A stretch of DNA of 64,000 bases from Auanema rhodensis (GCA_964057225.1 OZ059900.1:3224001-3288000), one strand, 5' to 3'; numbered from the stretch's first letter, positions 40,551-55,353 are shown. Program-made: numbers and translations. Notes: a model not told the origin generated them from the sequence alone.

Positions 40551-43500
40551 CATATTCGTTAAGATTTGAGAATCAAACATACAATACACAAAATCAGTCT
40601 ATTTTTATGAGCTTGCACTGATATATATTCATTTTGATCAAAAAAGGTCGAAAAAAGAAAGAATTTTTGAAATTTCCGAGTTTTGAGTCTAATTTGGCTA
40701 AATCGCTCATATATATGATCAGAAGCATAGTTTTATTGTCTATAACAACAAAAGTCATCAATTAAACGCTAGTGATGTTTTAATACTGATTTTCGCTCAA
40801 ATAGCATTACTACACTAAGTATGGTCGTTTTTATGCCTTTAACACCATATACTCACCGATTTTTGGTACAAAATCTGTAATACTCGTAAATTTTGATCAT
40901 ATTCGTTAAGATTTGAGAATCAAACACACAATACACAAAATCAGTCTATTTTTATGAGCTTGCACTGATATATATTCATTTTGATCAAAAAAGGTCGAAA
41001 AAAGAAAGAATTTTTGAAATTTCCGAGTTTTGAGTCCAATTTGGCTAAATCGCTCATATATATGATCAAGAGCATAGTTTTATTGTCTATAACAACAAAA
41101 GTCATCAATTAAACGCTAGTGATGTTTAAATACTGATTTTCGCTCAAATAGCATTACTACACTAAGTATGGTCGTTTTTATGCCTTTAACACCATATACT
41201 CACCGATTTTTGGTACAAAATCTGTAATACTCGTAAATTTTGATCATATTCGTTAAGATTTGAGAATCAAACATACAATACACAAAATCAGTCTATTTTT
41301 ATGAGCTTGCACTGATATATATTCATTTTGATCAAAAAAGGTCGAAAAAAGAAAGAATTTTTGAAATTTCCGAGTTTTGAGTCCAATTTGGCTAAATCGC
41401 TCATATATATGATCAAGAGCATAGTTTTATTGTCTATAACAACAAAAGTCATCAATTAAACGCTAGTGATGTTTTAATACTGAATTTCGCTCAAATAGCA
41501 TTACTACACTAAGTATGGTCGTTTTTATGCCTTTAACACCATATACTCACCGATTTTTGGTACAAAATCTGTAATACTTGTAAATTTTGATCATATTTGT
41601 TAAGATTTGAGAATCAAACACACAAGACACAAAATCAGTCTATTTTTATGAGCTTGCACTGATATATATTCATTTTGATCAAAAAAGGTCGAAAATAGAA
41701 AGAATTTTTGAAATTTCCGAGTTTTGAGTCCAATTTGGCTAAATCGCTCATATATATGATCAAAAGCATAGTTTTATTGTCTATAACAACAAAAGTCATC
41801 AATTAAACGCTAGTGATGTTTAAATACTGAATTTCGCTCAAATAGCATTACTACACTAAGTATGGTCGTTTTTATGCCTTTAACACCATATACTCACCGA
41901 TTTTTGGTACAAAATCTGTAATACTCGTAAATTTTGATCATATTCGTTAAGATTTGAGAATCAAACACACAATACACAAAATAAGTCTATTTTTATGAGT
42001 TTGCACTGATATATATTCATTTTGATCAAAAAAGGTCGAAAATAGAAAGAATTTTTGAAATTTCCGAGTTTTGAGTCCAATTTGGCTAAATCGCTCATAT
42101 ATATGATCAAAAGCATAGTTTTATTGTCTATAACAACAAAAGTCATCAATTAAACGCTAGTGATGTTTAAATACTGAATTTCGCTCAAATAGCATTACTA
42201 CACTAAGTATGGTCGTTTTTATGCCTTTAACACCATATACTCACCGATTTTTGGTACAAAATCTGTAATACTCGTAAATTTTGATCATATTCGTTAAGAT
42301 TTGAGAATCAAACATACAATACACGAAATCAGTCTATTGTTATGAGCTTGCACTGATATATATTCATTTTGATCAAAAAAGGTCGAAAATAGAAAGAATT
42401 TTTGAAATTTCCGAGTTTTGAGTCTAATTTGGCTAAATCGCTCATATATATGATCAGAAGCATAGTTTTATTGTCTATGACAACAAAAGTCATCAATTAA
42501 ACGCTAGTGATGTTTAAATACTGATTTTCGCTCAAATAGCATTACTACACTAAGTATGGTCGTTTTTATGCCTTTAACACCATATACTCACCGATTTTTG
42601 GTACAAAATCTGTAATACTCGTAAATTTTGATCATATTCGTTAAGATTTGAGAATCAAACACACAATACACAAAATCAGTCTATTTTTATGAGCTTGCAC
42701 TGATATATATTCATTTTGATCAAAAAAGGTCGAAAAAAGAAAGAATTTTTGAAATTTCCGAGTTTTGAGTCCAATTTGGCTAAATCGCTCATATATATGA
42801 TCAAAAGCATAGTTTTATTGTCTATAACAACAAAAGTCATCAATTAAACGCTAGTGATGTTTAAATACTGATTTTCGCTCAAATAGCATTACTACACTAA
42901 GTATGGTCGTTTTTATGCCTTTAACACCATATACTCACCGATTTTTGGTACAAAATCTGTAATACTTGTAAATTTTGATCATATTCGTTAAGATTTGAGA
43001 ATCAAACATACAATACACGAAATCAGTCTATTTTTATGAGCTTGCACTGATATATATTCATTTTGATCAAAAAAGGTCGAAAATAGAAAGAATTTTTGAA
43101 ATGTCCGAGTTTTGAGTCTAATTTGGCTAAATCGCTCATATATATGATCAAAAGCATAGTTTTATTGTCTATAACAACAAAAGTCATCAATTAAACGCTA
43201 GTGATGTTTAAATACTGAATTTCGCTCAAATAGCATTACTACACTAAGTATGGTCGTTTTTATGCCTTTAACACCATATACTCACCGATTTTTGGTACAA
43301 AATCTGTAATACTTGTAAATTTTGATCATATTCGTTAAGATTTGAGAATCAAACATACAATACACGAAATCAGTCTATTTTTATGAGCTTGCACTGATAT
43401 ATATTCATTTTGATCAAAAAAGGTCGAAAATAGAAAGAATTTTTGAAATGTCCGAGTTTTGAGTCTAATTTGGCTAAATCGCTCATATATATGATCAAAA

Positions 43501-44279
43501 GCATAGTTTTATTGTCTATAACAACAAAAGTCATCAATTAAACGCTAGTGATGTTTAAATACTGATTTTCGCTCAAATAGCATTACTACACTAAGTATGG
43601 TCGTTTTTATGCCTTTAACACCATATACTCACCGATTTTTGGTACAAAATCTGTAATACTCGTAAATTTTGATCATATTCGTTAAGATTTGAGAATCAAA
43701 CACACAATACACAAAATCAGTCTATTTTTATGAGCTTGCACTGATATATATTCATTTTGATCAAAAAAGGTCGAAAATAGAAAGAATTTTTGAAATTTCC
43801 GAGTTTTGAGTCCAATTTGGCTAAATCGCTCATATATATGATCAAAAGCATAGTTTTAATGTCTATAACAACAAAAGTCATCAATTAAACGCTAGTGATG
43901 TTTAAATACTGAATTTCGCTCAAATAGCATTACTACACTAAGTATGGTCGTTTTTATGCCTTTAACACCATATACTCACCGATTTTTGGTACAAAATCTG
44001 TAATACTCGTAAATTTTGATCATATTCGTTAAGATTTGAGAATCAAACACACAATACACAAAATCAGTCTATTTTTATGAGCTTGCACTGATATATATTC
44101 ATTTTGATCAAAAAAGGTCGAAAAAAGAAAGAATTTTTGAAATTTCCGAGTTTTGAGTCCAATTTGGCTAAATCGCTCATATATATGATCAAAAGCATAG
44201 TTTTATTGTCTATAACAACAAAAGTCATCAATTAAACGCTAGTGATGTTTAAATACTGAATTTCGCTCAAATAGCATTA

Positions 44280-46770
44280 CTACACTAAGTATGGTCGTTT
44301 TTATGCCTTTAACACCATATACTCACCGATTTTTGGTACAAAATCTGTAATACTTGTAAATTTTGATCATATTTGTTAAGATTTGAGAATCAAACACACA
44401 ATACACAAAATCAGTCTATTTTTATGAGCTTGCACTGATATATATTCATTTTGATCAAAAAAGGTCGAAAAAAGAAAGAATTTTTGAAATTTCCGAGTTT
44501 TGAGTCCAATTTGGCTAAATCGCTCATATATATGATCAAAAGCATAGTTTTATTGTCTATAACAACAAAAGTCATCAATTAAACGCTAGTGATGTTTAAA
44601 TACTGAATTTCGCTCAAATAGCATTACTACACTAAGTATGGTCGTTTTTATGCCTTTAACACCATATACTCACCGATTTTTGGTACAAAATCTGTAATAC
44701 TTGTAAATTTTGATCATATTTGTTAAGATTTGAGAATCAAACATACAATACACAAAATCAGTCTATTTTTATGAGCTTGCACTGATATATATTCATTTTG
44801 ATCAAAAAAGGTCGAAAATAGAAAGAATTTTGGAAATGTCCGAGTTTTGAGTCTAATTTGGCTAAATCGCTCATATATATGATCAAAAGCATAGTTTTAT
44901 TGTCTATGACAACAAAAGTCATCAATTAAACGCTAGTGATGTTTAAATACTGAATTTCGCTCAAATAGCATTACTACACTAAGTATGGTCGTTTTTATGC
45001 CTTTAACACCATATACTCACCGATTTTTGGTACAAAATCTGTAATACTTGTAAATTTTGATCATATTTGTTAAGATTTGAGAATCAAACACACAATACAC
45101 AAAATCAGTCTATTTTTATGAGTTTGTACTGATATATATTCACTTTGATCAAAAAAGGTCGAAAATAGAAAGAATTTTTGAAATGTCCGAGTTTTGAGTC
45201 CAATTTGGCTAAATCGCTCATATATATGATCAAAAGCATAGTTTTATTGTCTATAACAACAAAAGTCATTAATTAAACACTAATGATGTTTAAATCACTA
45301 AATTTCGCTCAAATAGCATTACTACACTAAGTATGGTCGTTTTTATGCCTTTAACACCATATACTCACCGATTTTTGGTACAAAATCTGTAATACTCGTA
45401 AATTTTGATCATATTTGTTAAGATTTGAAAATCAAACACACAATAAACAAAATCAGTCTATTTTTATGAGTTTGCACTGATATATATTCATTTTGATCAA
45501 AAAAGGTCGAAAAAAGAAAGAATTTTTGAAATTTCCGAGTTTTGAGTCCAATTGGGCTAAATCGCTCATATATATGATCAAAAGCATAGTTTTATTGTCT
45601 ATAACAACAAAAGTCATCAATTAAACGCTAATGATGTTTAAATCACTGAATTTCGCTCAAATAGCATTACTACACTAAGTATGGTCGTTTTTATGCCTTT
45701 AACACCATATACTCACCGATTTTTGGTACAAAATCTGTAATACTTGTAAATTTTGATCATATTTGTTAAGATTTGAGAATCAAACACACAATACACAAAA
45801 TCAGTCTATTTTTATGAGCTTGCACTGATATATATTCATTTTGATCAAAAAAGGTCGAAAAAAGAAAGAATTTTTGAAATTTCCGAGTTTTGAGTCCAAT
45901 TTGGCTAAATCGCTCATATATATGATCAAAAGCATAGTTTTACTGTCTATAACAACAAAAGTCATCAATTAAACGCTAGTGATGTTTAAATACTGAATTT
46001 CGCTCAAATAGCATTACTACACTAAGTATGGTCGTTTTTATGCCTTTAACACCATATACTCACCGATTTTTGGTACAAAATCTGTAATACTTGTAAATTT
46101 TGATCATATTTGTTAAGATTTGAGAATCAAACATACAATACACAAAATCAGTCTATTTTTATGAGCTTGCACTGATATATATTCATTTTGATCAAAAAAG
46201 GTCGAAAATAGAAAGAATTTTGGAAATGTCCGAGTTTTGAGTCTAATTTGGCTAAATCGCTCATATATATGATCAAAAGCATAGTTTTATTGTCTATGAC
46301 AACAAAAGTCATCAATTAAACGCTAGTGATGTTTAAATACTGAATTTCGCTCAAATAGCATTACTACACTAAGTATGGTCGTTTTTATGCCTTTAACACC
46401 ATATACTCACCGATTTTTGGTACAAAATCTGTAATACTTGTAAATTTTGATCATATTTGTTAAGATTTGAGAATCAAACACACAATACACAAAATCAGTC
46501 TATTTTTATGAGTTTGTACTGATATATATTCACTTTGATCAAAAAAGGTCGAAAATAGAAAGAATTTTTGAAATGTCCGAGTTTTGAGTCCAATTTGGCT
46601 AAATCGCTCATATATATGATCAAAAGCATAGTTTTATTGTCTATAACAACAAAAGTCATTAATTAAACACTAATGATGTTTAAATCACTAAATTTCGCTC
46701 AAATAGCATTACTACACTAAGTATGGTCGTTTTTATGCCTTTAACACCATATACTCACCGATTTTTGGTA
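44280..46770 (+). repeat. 4-monomer-offset duplication (1390 bp)
   Basis: AGTTTGTACT occurs at 45121 and 46511, giving 1390 = 4x347+2, and neighbouring variants match. Confidence 0.8.
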
Positions 46771-46871
46771 CAAAATCTGTAATACTTGTAAATTTTGATC
46801 ATATTTGTTAAGATTTGAGAATCAAACACACAATACACAAAATCAGTCTATTTTTATGAGCTTGCACTGAT

Positions 46872-49800
46872 ATATATTCATTTTGATCAAAAAAGGTCGA
46901 AAAAAGAAAGAATTTTTGAAATGTCCGAGTTTTGAGTCTAATTTGGCTAAATCGCTCATATATATGATCAGAAGCATAGTTTTATTGTCTATGACAACAA
47001 AAGTCATCAATTAAACGCTAGTGATGTTTAAATACTGATTTTCGCTCAAATAGCATTACTACACTAAGTATGGTAGTTTTTATGCCTTTAACACCATATA
47101 CTCACCGATTTTTGGTACAAAATCTGTAATACTTGTAAATTTTGATCATATTTGTTAAGATTTGAGAATCAAACACACAATAAACAAAATCAGTCTATTT
47201 TTATGAGTTTGCACTGATATATATTCACTTTGATCAAAAAAGGTCGAAAATAGAAAGAATTTTTGAATTTTCCGAGTTTTGAGTCCAATTTGGCTAAATC
47301 GCTCATATATATGATCAAAAGCATAGTTTTATTGTCTATAACAACAAAAGTCATTAATTAAACACTAATGATGTTTAAATCACTAAATTTCGCTCAAATA
47401 GCATTACTACACTAAGTATGGTCGTTTTTATGCCTTTAACACCATATACTCACCGATTTTTGGTACAAAATCTGTAATACTCGTAAATTTTGATCATATT
47501 CGTTAAGATTTGAGAATCAAACATACAATACACAAAATCAGTCTATTTTTATGAGCTTGCACTGATATATATTCATTTTGATCAAAAAAGGTCGAAAAAA
47601 GAAAGAATTTTTGAAATTTCCGAGTTTTGAGTCCAATTTGGCTAAATCGCTCATATATATGATCAAAAGCATAGTTTTATTGTCTATAACAACAAAAGTC
47701 ATCAATTAAACGCTAGTGATGTTTAAATACTGAATTTCGCTCAAATAGCATTACTACACTAAGTATGGTCGTTTTTATGCCTTTAACACCATATACTCAC
47801 CGATTTTTGGTACAAAATCTGTAATACGTGTAAATTTTGATCATATTTGTTAAGATTTGAGAATCAAACATACAATACACAAAATCAGTCTATTTTTATG
47901 AGCTTGCACTGATATATATTCATTTTGATCAAAAAAGGTCGAAAATAGAAAGAATTTTGGAAATGTCCGAGTTTTGAGTCTAATTTGGCTAAATCGCTCA
48001 TATATATGATCAAAAGCATAGTTTTATTGTCTATGACAACAAAAGTCATCAATTAAACGCTAGTGATGTTTAAATACTGAATTTCGCTCAAATAGCATTA
48101 CTACACTAAGTATGGTCGTTTTTATGCCTTTAACACCATATACTCACCGATTTTTGGTACAAAATCTGTAATACTTGTAAATTTCGATCATATTTGTTAA
48201 GATTTGAGAATCAAACACACAATACACAAAAGAAGTCTATTTTTATGAGTTTGTACTGATATATATTCACTTTGATCAAAAAAGGTCGAAAATAGAAAGA
48301 ATTTTTGAAATGTCCGAGTTTTGAGTCCAATTTGGCTAAATCGCTCATATATATGATCAAAAGCATAGTTTTATTGTCTATAACAACAAAAGTCATCAAT
48401 TAAACGCTAGTGATGTTTAAATACTGAATTTCGCTCAAATAGCATTACTACACTAAGTATGGTCGTTTTTATGCCTTAACACCATATACTCACCGATTTT
48501 TGGTACAAAATCTGTAATACTCGTAAATTTTGATCATATTCGTTAAGATTTGAGAATCAAACATACAATACACAAAATCAGTCTATTTTTATGAGCTTGC
48601 ACTGATATATATTCATTTTGATCAAAAAAGGTCGAAAAAAGAAAGAATTTTTGAAATTTCCGAGTTTTGAGTCTAATTTGGCTAAATCGCTCATATATAT
48701 GATCAGAAGCATAGTTTTATTGTCTATAACAACAAAAGTCATCAATTAAACGCTAGTGATGTTTTAATACTGATTTTCGCTCAAATAGCATTACTACACT
48801 AAGTATGGTCGTTTTTATGCCTTTAACACCATATACTCACCGATTTTTGGTACAAAATCTGTAATACTCGTAAATTTTGATCATATTCGTTAAGATTTGA
48901 AAATCAAACACACAATAAACAAAATCAGTTTATTTTTATGAGTTTGCACTGATATATATTCATTTTGATCAAAAAAGGTCGAAAATAGAAAGAATTTTTG
49001 AATTTTCCGAGTTTTGAGTCCAATTTGGCTAAATCGCTCATATATATGATCAAAAGCATAGTTTTATTGTTTATAACAACAAAAGTCATTAATTAAACAC
49101 TAATGATGTTTAAATCACTAAATTTCGCTCAAATAGCATTACTACACTAAGTATGGTCGTTTTTATGCCTTTAACACCATATACTCACCGATTTTTGGTA
49201 CAAAATCTGTAATACTCGTAAATTTTGATCATATTCGTTAAGATTTGAGAATCAAACACACAATACACAAAATCAGTCTATTTTTATGAGCTTGCACTGA
49301 TATATAATATATTCATTTTGATCAAAAAAGGTCGAAAAAAGAAAGAATTTTTGAAATGTCCGAGTTTTGAGTCTAATTTGGCTAAATCGCTCATATATAT
49401 GATCAGAAGCATAGTTTTATTGTCTATGACAACAAAAGTCATCAATTAAACGCTAGTGATGTTTAAATACTGATTTTCGCTCAAATAGCATTACTACACT
49501 AAGTATGGTAGTTTTTATGCCTTTAACACCATATACTCACCGATTTTTGGTACAAAATCTGTAATACTTGTAAATTTTGATCATATTTGTTAAGATTTGA
49601 GAATCAAACACACAATAAACAAAATCAGTCTATTTTTATGAGTTTGCACTGATATATATTCACTTTGATCAAAAAAGGTCGAAAATAGAAAGAATTTTTG
49701 AATTTTCCGAGTTTTGAGTCCAATTTGGCTAAATCGCTCATATATATGATCAAAAGCATAGTTTTATTGTCTATAACAACAAAAGTCATTAATTAAACAC

Positions 49801-51741
49801 TAATGATGTTTAAATCACTAAATTTCGCTCAAATAGCATTACTACACTAAGTATGGTCGTTTTTATGCCTTTAACACCATATACTCACCGATTTTTGGTA
49901 CAAAATCTGTAATACTCGTAAATTTTGATCATATTCGTTAAGATTTGAGAATCAAACATACAATACACAAAATCAGTCTATTTTTATGAGCTTGCACTGA
50001 TATATATTCATTTTGATCAAAAAAGGTCGAAAAAAGAAAGAATTTTTGAAATTTCCGAGTTTTGAGTCCAATTTGGCTAAATCGCTCATATATATGATCA
50101 AAAGCATAGTTTTATTGTCTATAACAACAAAAGTCATCAATTAAACGCTAGTGATGTTTAAATACTGAATTTCGCTCAAATAGCATTACTACACTAAGTA
50201 TGGTCGTTTTTATGCCTTTAACACCATATACTCACCGATTTTTGGTACAAAATCTGTAATACGTGTAAATTTTGATCATATTTGTTAAGATTTGAGAATC
50301 AAACATACAATACACAAAATCAGTCTATTTTTATGAGCTTGCACTGATATATATTCATTTTGATCAAAAAAGGTCGAAAATAGAAAGAATTTTGGAAATG
50401 TCCGAGTTTTGAGTCTAATTTGGCTAAATCGCTCATATATATGATCAAAAGCATAGTTTTATTGTCTATGACAACAAAAGTCATCAATTAAACGCTAGTG
50501 ATGTTTAAATACTGAATTTCGCTCAAATAGCATTACTACACTAAGTATGGTCGTTTTTATGCCTTTAACACCATATACTCACCGATTTTTGGTACAAAAT
50601 CTGTAATACTTGTAAATTTCGATCATATTTGTTAAGATTTGAGAATCAAACACACAATACACAAAAGAAGTCTATTTTTATGAGTTTGTACTGATATATA
50701 TTCACTTTGATCAAAAAAGGTCGAAAATAGAAAGAATTTTTGAAATGTCCGAGTTTTGAGTCCAATTTGGCTAAATCGCTCATATATATGATCAAAAGCA
50801 TAGTTTTATTGTCTATAACAACAAAAGTCATCAATTAAACGCTAGTGATGTTTAAATACTGAATTTCGCTCAAATAGCATTACTACACTAAGTATGGTCG
50901 TTTTTATGCCTTAACACCATATACTCACCGATTTTTGGTACAAAATCTGTAATACTCGTAAATTTTGATCATATTCGTTAAGATTTGAGAATCAAACATA
51001 CAATACACAAAATCAGTCTATTTTTATGAGCTTGCACTGATATATATTCATTTTGATCAAAAAAGGTCGAAAAAAGAAAGAATTTTTGAAATTTCCGAGT
51101 TTTGAGTCTAATTTGGCTAAATCGCTCATATATATGATCAGAAGCATAGTTTTATTGTCTATAACAACAAAAGTCATCAATTAAACGCTAGTGATGTTTT
51201 AATACTGATTTTCGCTCAAATAGCATTACTACACTAAGTATGGTCGTTTTTATGCCTTTAACACCATATACTCACCGATTTTTGGTACAAAATCTGTAAT
51301 ACTCGTAAATTTTGATCATATTCGTTAAGATTTGAAAATCAAACACACAATAAACAAAATCAGTTTATTTTTATGAGTTTGCACTGATATATATTCATTT
51401 TGATCAAAAAAGGTCGAAAATAGAAAGAATTTTTGAATTTTCCGAGTTTTGAGTCCAATTTGGCTAAATCGCTCATATATATGATCAAAAGCATAGTTTT
51501 ATTGTCTATAACAACAAAAGTCATCAATTAAACACTAATGATGTTTAAATCACTAAATTTCGCTCAAATAGCACTACTACACTAAGTATGGTCGTTTTTA
51601 TGCCTTTAACACCATATACTCACCGATTTTTGGTACAAAATCTGTAATACTCGTAAATTTTGATCATATTCGTTAAGATTTGAGAATCAAACACACAATA
51701 CACAAAATCAGTCTATTTTTATGAGCTTGCACTGATATATA
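46872..51741 (+). repeat. 7-monomer tandem duplication (2435 bp period)
   Basis: Private variants repeat at offset 2435: TGGTAG (47071/49506), TACGTG (about 47825/50260), AGAAGTC (48231/50666), the GCCTTAAC 1 bp deletion (48473/50908) and CAGTTTA (about 48926/51361). Confidence 0.92.
49301..49312 (+). other. 5 bp ATATA insertion
   Basis: GA-TATATA-ATATA-TTC compared with the consensus GA-TATATA-TTC. Confidence 0.9.
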
Positions 51742-54700
51742 TTCATTTTGATCAAAAAAGGTCGAAAAAAGAAAGAATTTTTGAAATTTCCGAGTTTTGA
51801 GTCCAATTTGGCTAAATCGCTCATATATATGATCAAAAGCATAGTTTTATTGTCTATAACAACAAAAGTCATCAATTAAACGCTAGTGATGTTTAAATAC
51901 TGATTTTCGCTCAAATAGCATTACTACACTAAGTATGGTCGTTTTTATGCCTTTAACACCATATACTCACCGATTTTTGGTACAAAATCTGTAATACTTG
52001 TAAATTTTGATCATATTTGTTAAGATTTGAGAATCAAACACACAATAAACAAAATCAGTCTATTTTTATGAGCTTGCACTGATATATATTCATTTTGATC
52101 AAAAAAGGTCGAAAATAGAAAGAATTTTTGAAATTTCCGAGTTTTGAGTCCAATTTGGCTAAATTGCTCATTTATATGATCAAAAGCATAGTTTTATTGT
52201 CTATAACAACAAAAGTCATCAATTAAACGCTAGTGATGTTTAAATACTGAATTTCGCTCAAATAGCATAACTACACTAAGTATGGTCGTTTTTATGCCTT
52301 TAACACCATATACTCACCGATTTTTGGTACAAAATCTGTAATACTCGTAAATTTTGCTCATATTCGTTAAGATTTGAGAATCAAACATACAATACACGAA
52401 ATCAGTCTATTTTTATGAGCTTGCACTGATATATATTCATTTTGATCAAAAAAGGTCGAAAATAGAAAGAATTTTTGAAATTTCCGAGTTTTGAGTCTAA
52501 TTTGGCTAAATCGCTCATATATATGATCAAAAGCATAGTTTTATTGTCTATGACAACAAAAGTCATCAATTAAACGCTAGTGATGTTTAAATACTGAATT
52601 TCGATCAAATAGCATTACTACACTAAGTATGGTCGTTTTTATGCCTTTAACACCATATACTCACCGATTTTTGGTACAAAATCTGTAATACTCGTAAATT
52701 TTGATCATATTCGTTAAGATTTGAGAATCAAACACACAATACACAAAATCAGTCTATTTTTATGAGTTTGCACTGATATATATTCATTTTGATCAAAAAA
52801 GGTCGAAAATAGAAAGAATTTTTGAAATTTCCGAGTTTTGAGTCCAATTTGGCTAAATCGCTCATATATATGATCAAAAGCATAGTTTTATTGTCTATAA
52901 CAACAAAAGTCATCAATTAAACGCTAGTGATGTTTAAATACTGAATTTCGATCAAATAGCATTACTACACTAAGTATGGTCGTTTTTATGCCTTTAACAC
53001 CATATACTCACCGATTTTTGGTACAAAATCTGTAATACTCGTAAATTTTGATCATATTCGTTAAGATTTGAGAATCAAACACACAATACACAAAATCAGT
53101 CTATTTTTATGAGTTTGCACTGATATATATTCATTTTGATCAAAAAAGGTCGAAAATAGAAAGAATTTTTGAAATTTCCGAGTTTTGAGTCCAATTTGGC
53201 TAAATCGCTCATATATATGATCAAAAGCATAGTTTTATTGTCTATAACAACAAAAGTCATCAATTAAACGCTAGTGATGTTTAAATACTGAATTTCGCCC
53301 AAATAGCATTACTACACTAAGTATGGTCGTTTTTATGCCTTTAACACCATATACTCACCGATTTTTGGTACAAAATCTGTAATACTCGTAAATTTTGATC
53401 ATATTCGTTAAGATTTGAGAATCAAACATACAATACACGAAATCAGTCTATTGTTATGAGCTTGCACTGATATATATTCATTTTGATCAAAAAAGGTCGA
53501 AAATAGAAAGAATTTTTGAAATTTCCGAGTTTTGAGTCTAATTTGGCTAAATCGCTCATATATATGATCAGAAGCATAGTTTTATTGTCTATGACAACAA
53601 AAGTCATCAATTAAACGCTAGTGATGTTTTAATACTGAATTTCGCTCAAATAGCATTACTACACTAAGTATGGTCGTTTTTATGCCTTTAACACCATATA
53701 CTCACCGATTTTTGGTACAAAATCTGTAATACTCGTAAATTTTGATCATATTCGTTAAGATTTGAGAATCAAACACACAATACACAAAATCAGTCTATTT
53801 TTATGAGCTTGCACTGATACATATTCATTTTGATCAAAAAAGGTCGAAAATAGAAAGAATTTTTGAAATTTCCGAGTTTTGAGTCCAATTTGGCTGAATC
53901 GCTCATATATATGATCAAAAGCATAGTTTTATTGTCTATAACAACAAAAGTCATCAATTAAACGCTAGTGATGTTTAAATACTGAATTTCGCTCAAATAG
54001 CATTACTACACTAAGTATGGTCGTTTTTATGCCTTTAACACCATATACTCACCGATTTTTGGTACAAAATCTGTAATACTCGTAAATTTTGATCATATTC
54101 GTTAAGATTTGAGAATCAAACATACAATACACGAAATCAGTCTATTTTTATGAGCTTGCACTGATATATATTCATTTTGATCAAAAAAGGTCGAAAATAC
54201 AAAGAATTTTTGAAATTTCCGAGTTTTGAGTCTAATTTGGCTAAATCGCTCATATATATGATCAGAAGCATAGTTTTGTTGTCTATGACAACAAAAGTCA
54301 TCAATTAAACGCTAGTGATGTTTAAATACTGATTTTCGCTCAAATAGCATTACTACACTAAGTATGGTCGTTTTTATGCCTTTAACACCATATACTCACC
54401 GATTTTTGGTACAAAATCTGTAATACTCGTAAATTTTGATCATATTCGTTAAGATTTGAGAATCAAACACACAATACACAAAATCAGTCTATTTTTATGA
54501 GCTTGCACTGATATATATTCATTTTGATCAAAAAAGGTCGAAAATAGAAAGAATTTTTGAATTTTCCGAGTTTTGAGTCCAATTGGGCTAAATCGCTCAT
54601 ATATATGATCAAAAGCATAGTTTTTTTGTCTATGACAACAAAAGTCATTAATTGAACACTAATGATGTTTAAATCACTAAATTTCGCTCAAATAGCATTA

Positions 54701-55315
54701 CTACACTAAGTATGGTCGTTTTTATGCCTTTAACACCATATACTCACCGATTTTTGGTACAAAATCTGTAATACTCGTAAATTTTGATCATATTCGTTAA
54801 GATTTGAGAATCAAACACACAATACACAAAATCAGTCTATTTTTATGAGCTTGCACTGATATATATTCATTTTGATCAAAAAAGGTCGAAAATAGAAAGA
54901 ATTTTTGAAATTTCCGAGTTTTGAGTCCAATTTGGCTGAATCGCTCATATATATGATCAAAAGCATAGTTTTATTGTCTATAACAACAAAAGTCATCAAT
55001 TAAACGCTAGTGATGTTTTAATACTGAATTTCGCTCAAATAGCATTAGTACACTAAGTATGGTCGTTTTTATGCCTTTAACACCATATACTCACCGATTT
55101 TTGGTACAAAATCTGTAATACTTGTAAATTTTGATCATATTTGTTAAGATTTGAGAATCAAACACACAATACACAAAATCAGTCTATTTTTATGAGTTTG
55201 CACTGATATATATTCATTTTGATCAAAAAAGGTCGAAAATAGAAAGAATTTTGGAAATGTCCGAGTTTTGAGTCCAATTTGGCTAAATCGCTCATATATA
55301 TGATCAGAAGCAAAG

Positions 55316-55353
55316 TTTTATTGTCTATCGACCTTTTTATTGTCTATCGACCT
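55316..55353. other. Inversion breakpoint with a 19 bp tandem duplication of the chimeric joint
   Basis: TTTTATTGTCTATCGACCT occurs at 55316-55334 and 55335-55353. Its left part is forward monomer positions 68-80 and its right part (CGACCT) is the start of the inverted arm. Confidence 0.95.

Larger units (their letters stand above)
1..55328 (+). repeat. Tandem satellite DNA array, 347/348 bp monomer, about 160 copies, orientation 1 (probably centromeric or pericentromeric)
   Basis: CCGAGTTTTGAGTC starts at 13 and again at 360, a period of 347, and the period holds throughout. Monomers differ mostly at about 20 recurrent SNP sites plus scattered private variants. Monomer 1 has 46 G and 52 C in 347 bp. 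The array runs off the left edge. The centromeric role is inference only. Confidence 0.98.

Noticed and set aside
55316-55353. Target-site duplication or footprint of a transposon
   Set aside because: The duplicated 19 bp is itself a chimera of the two arms, and there is no foreign sequence or element terminus.
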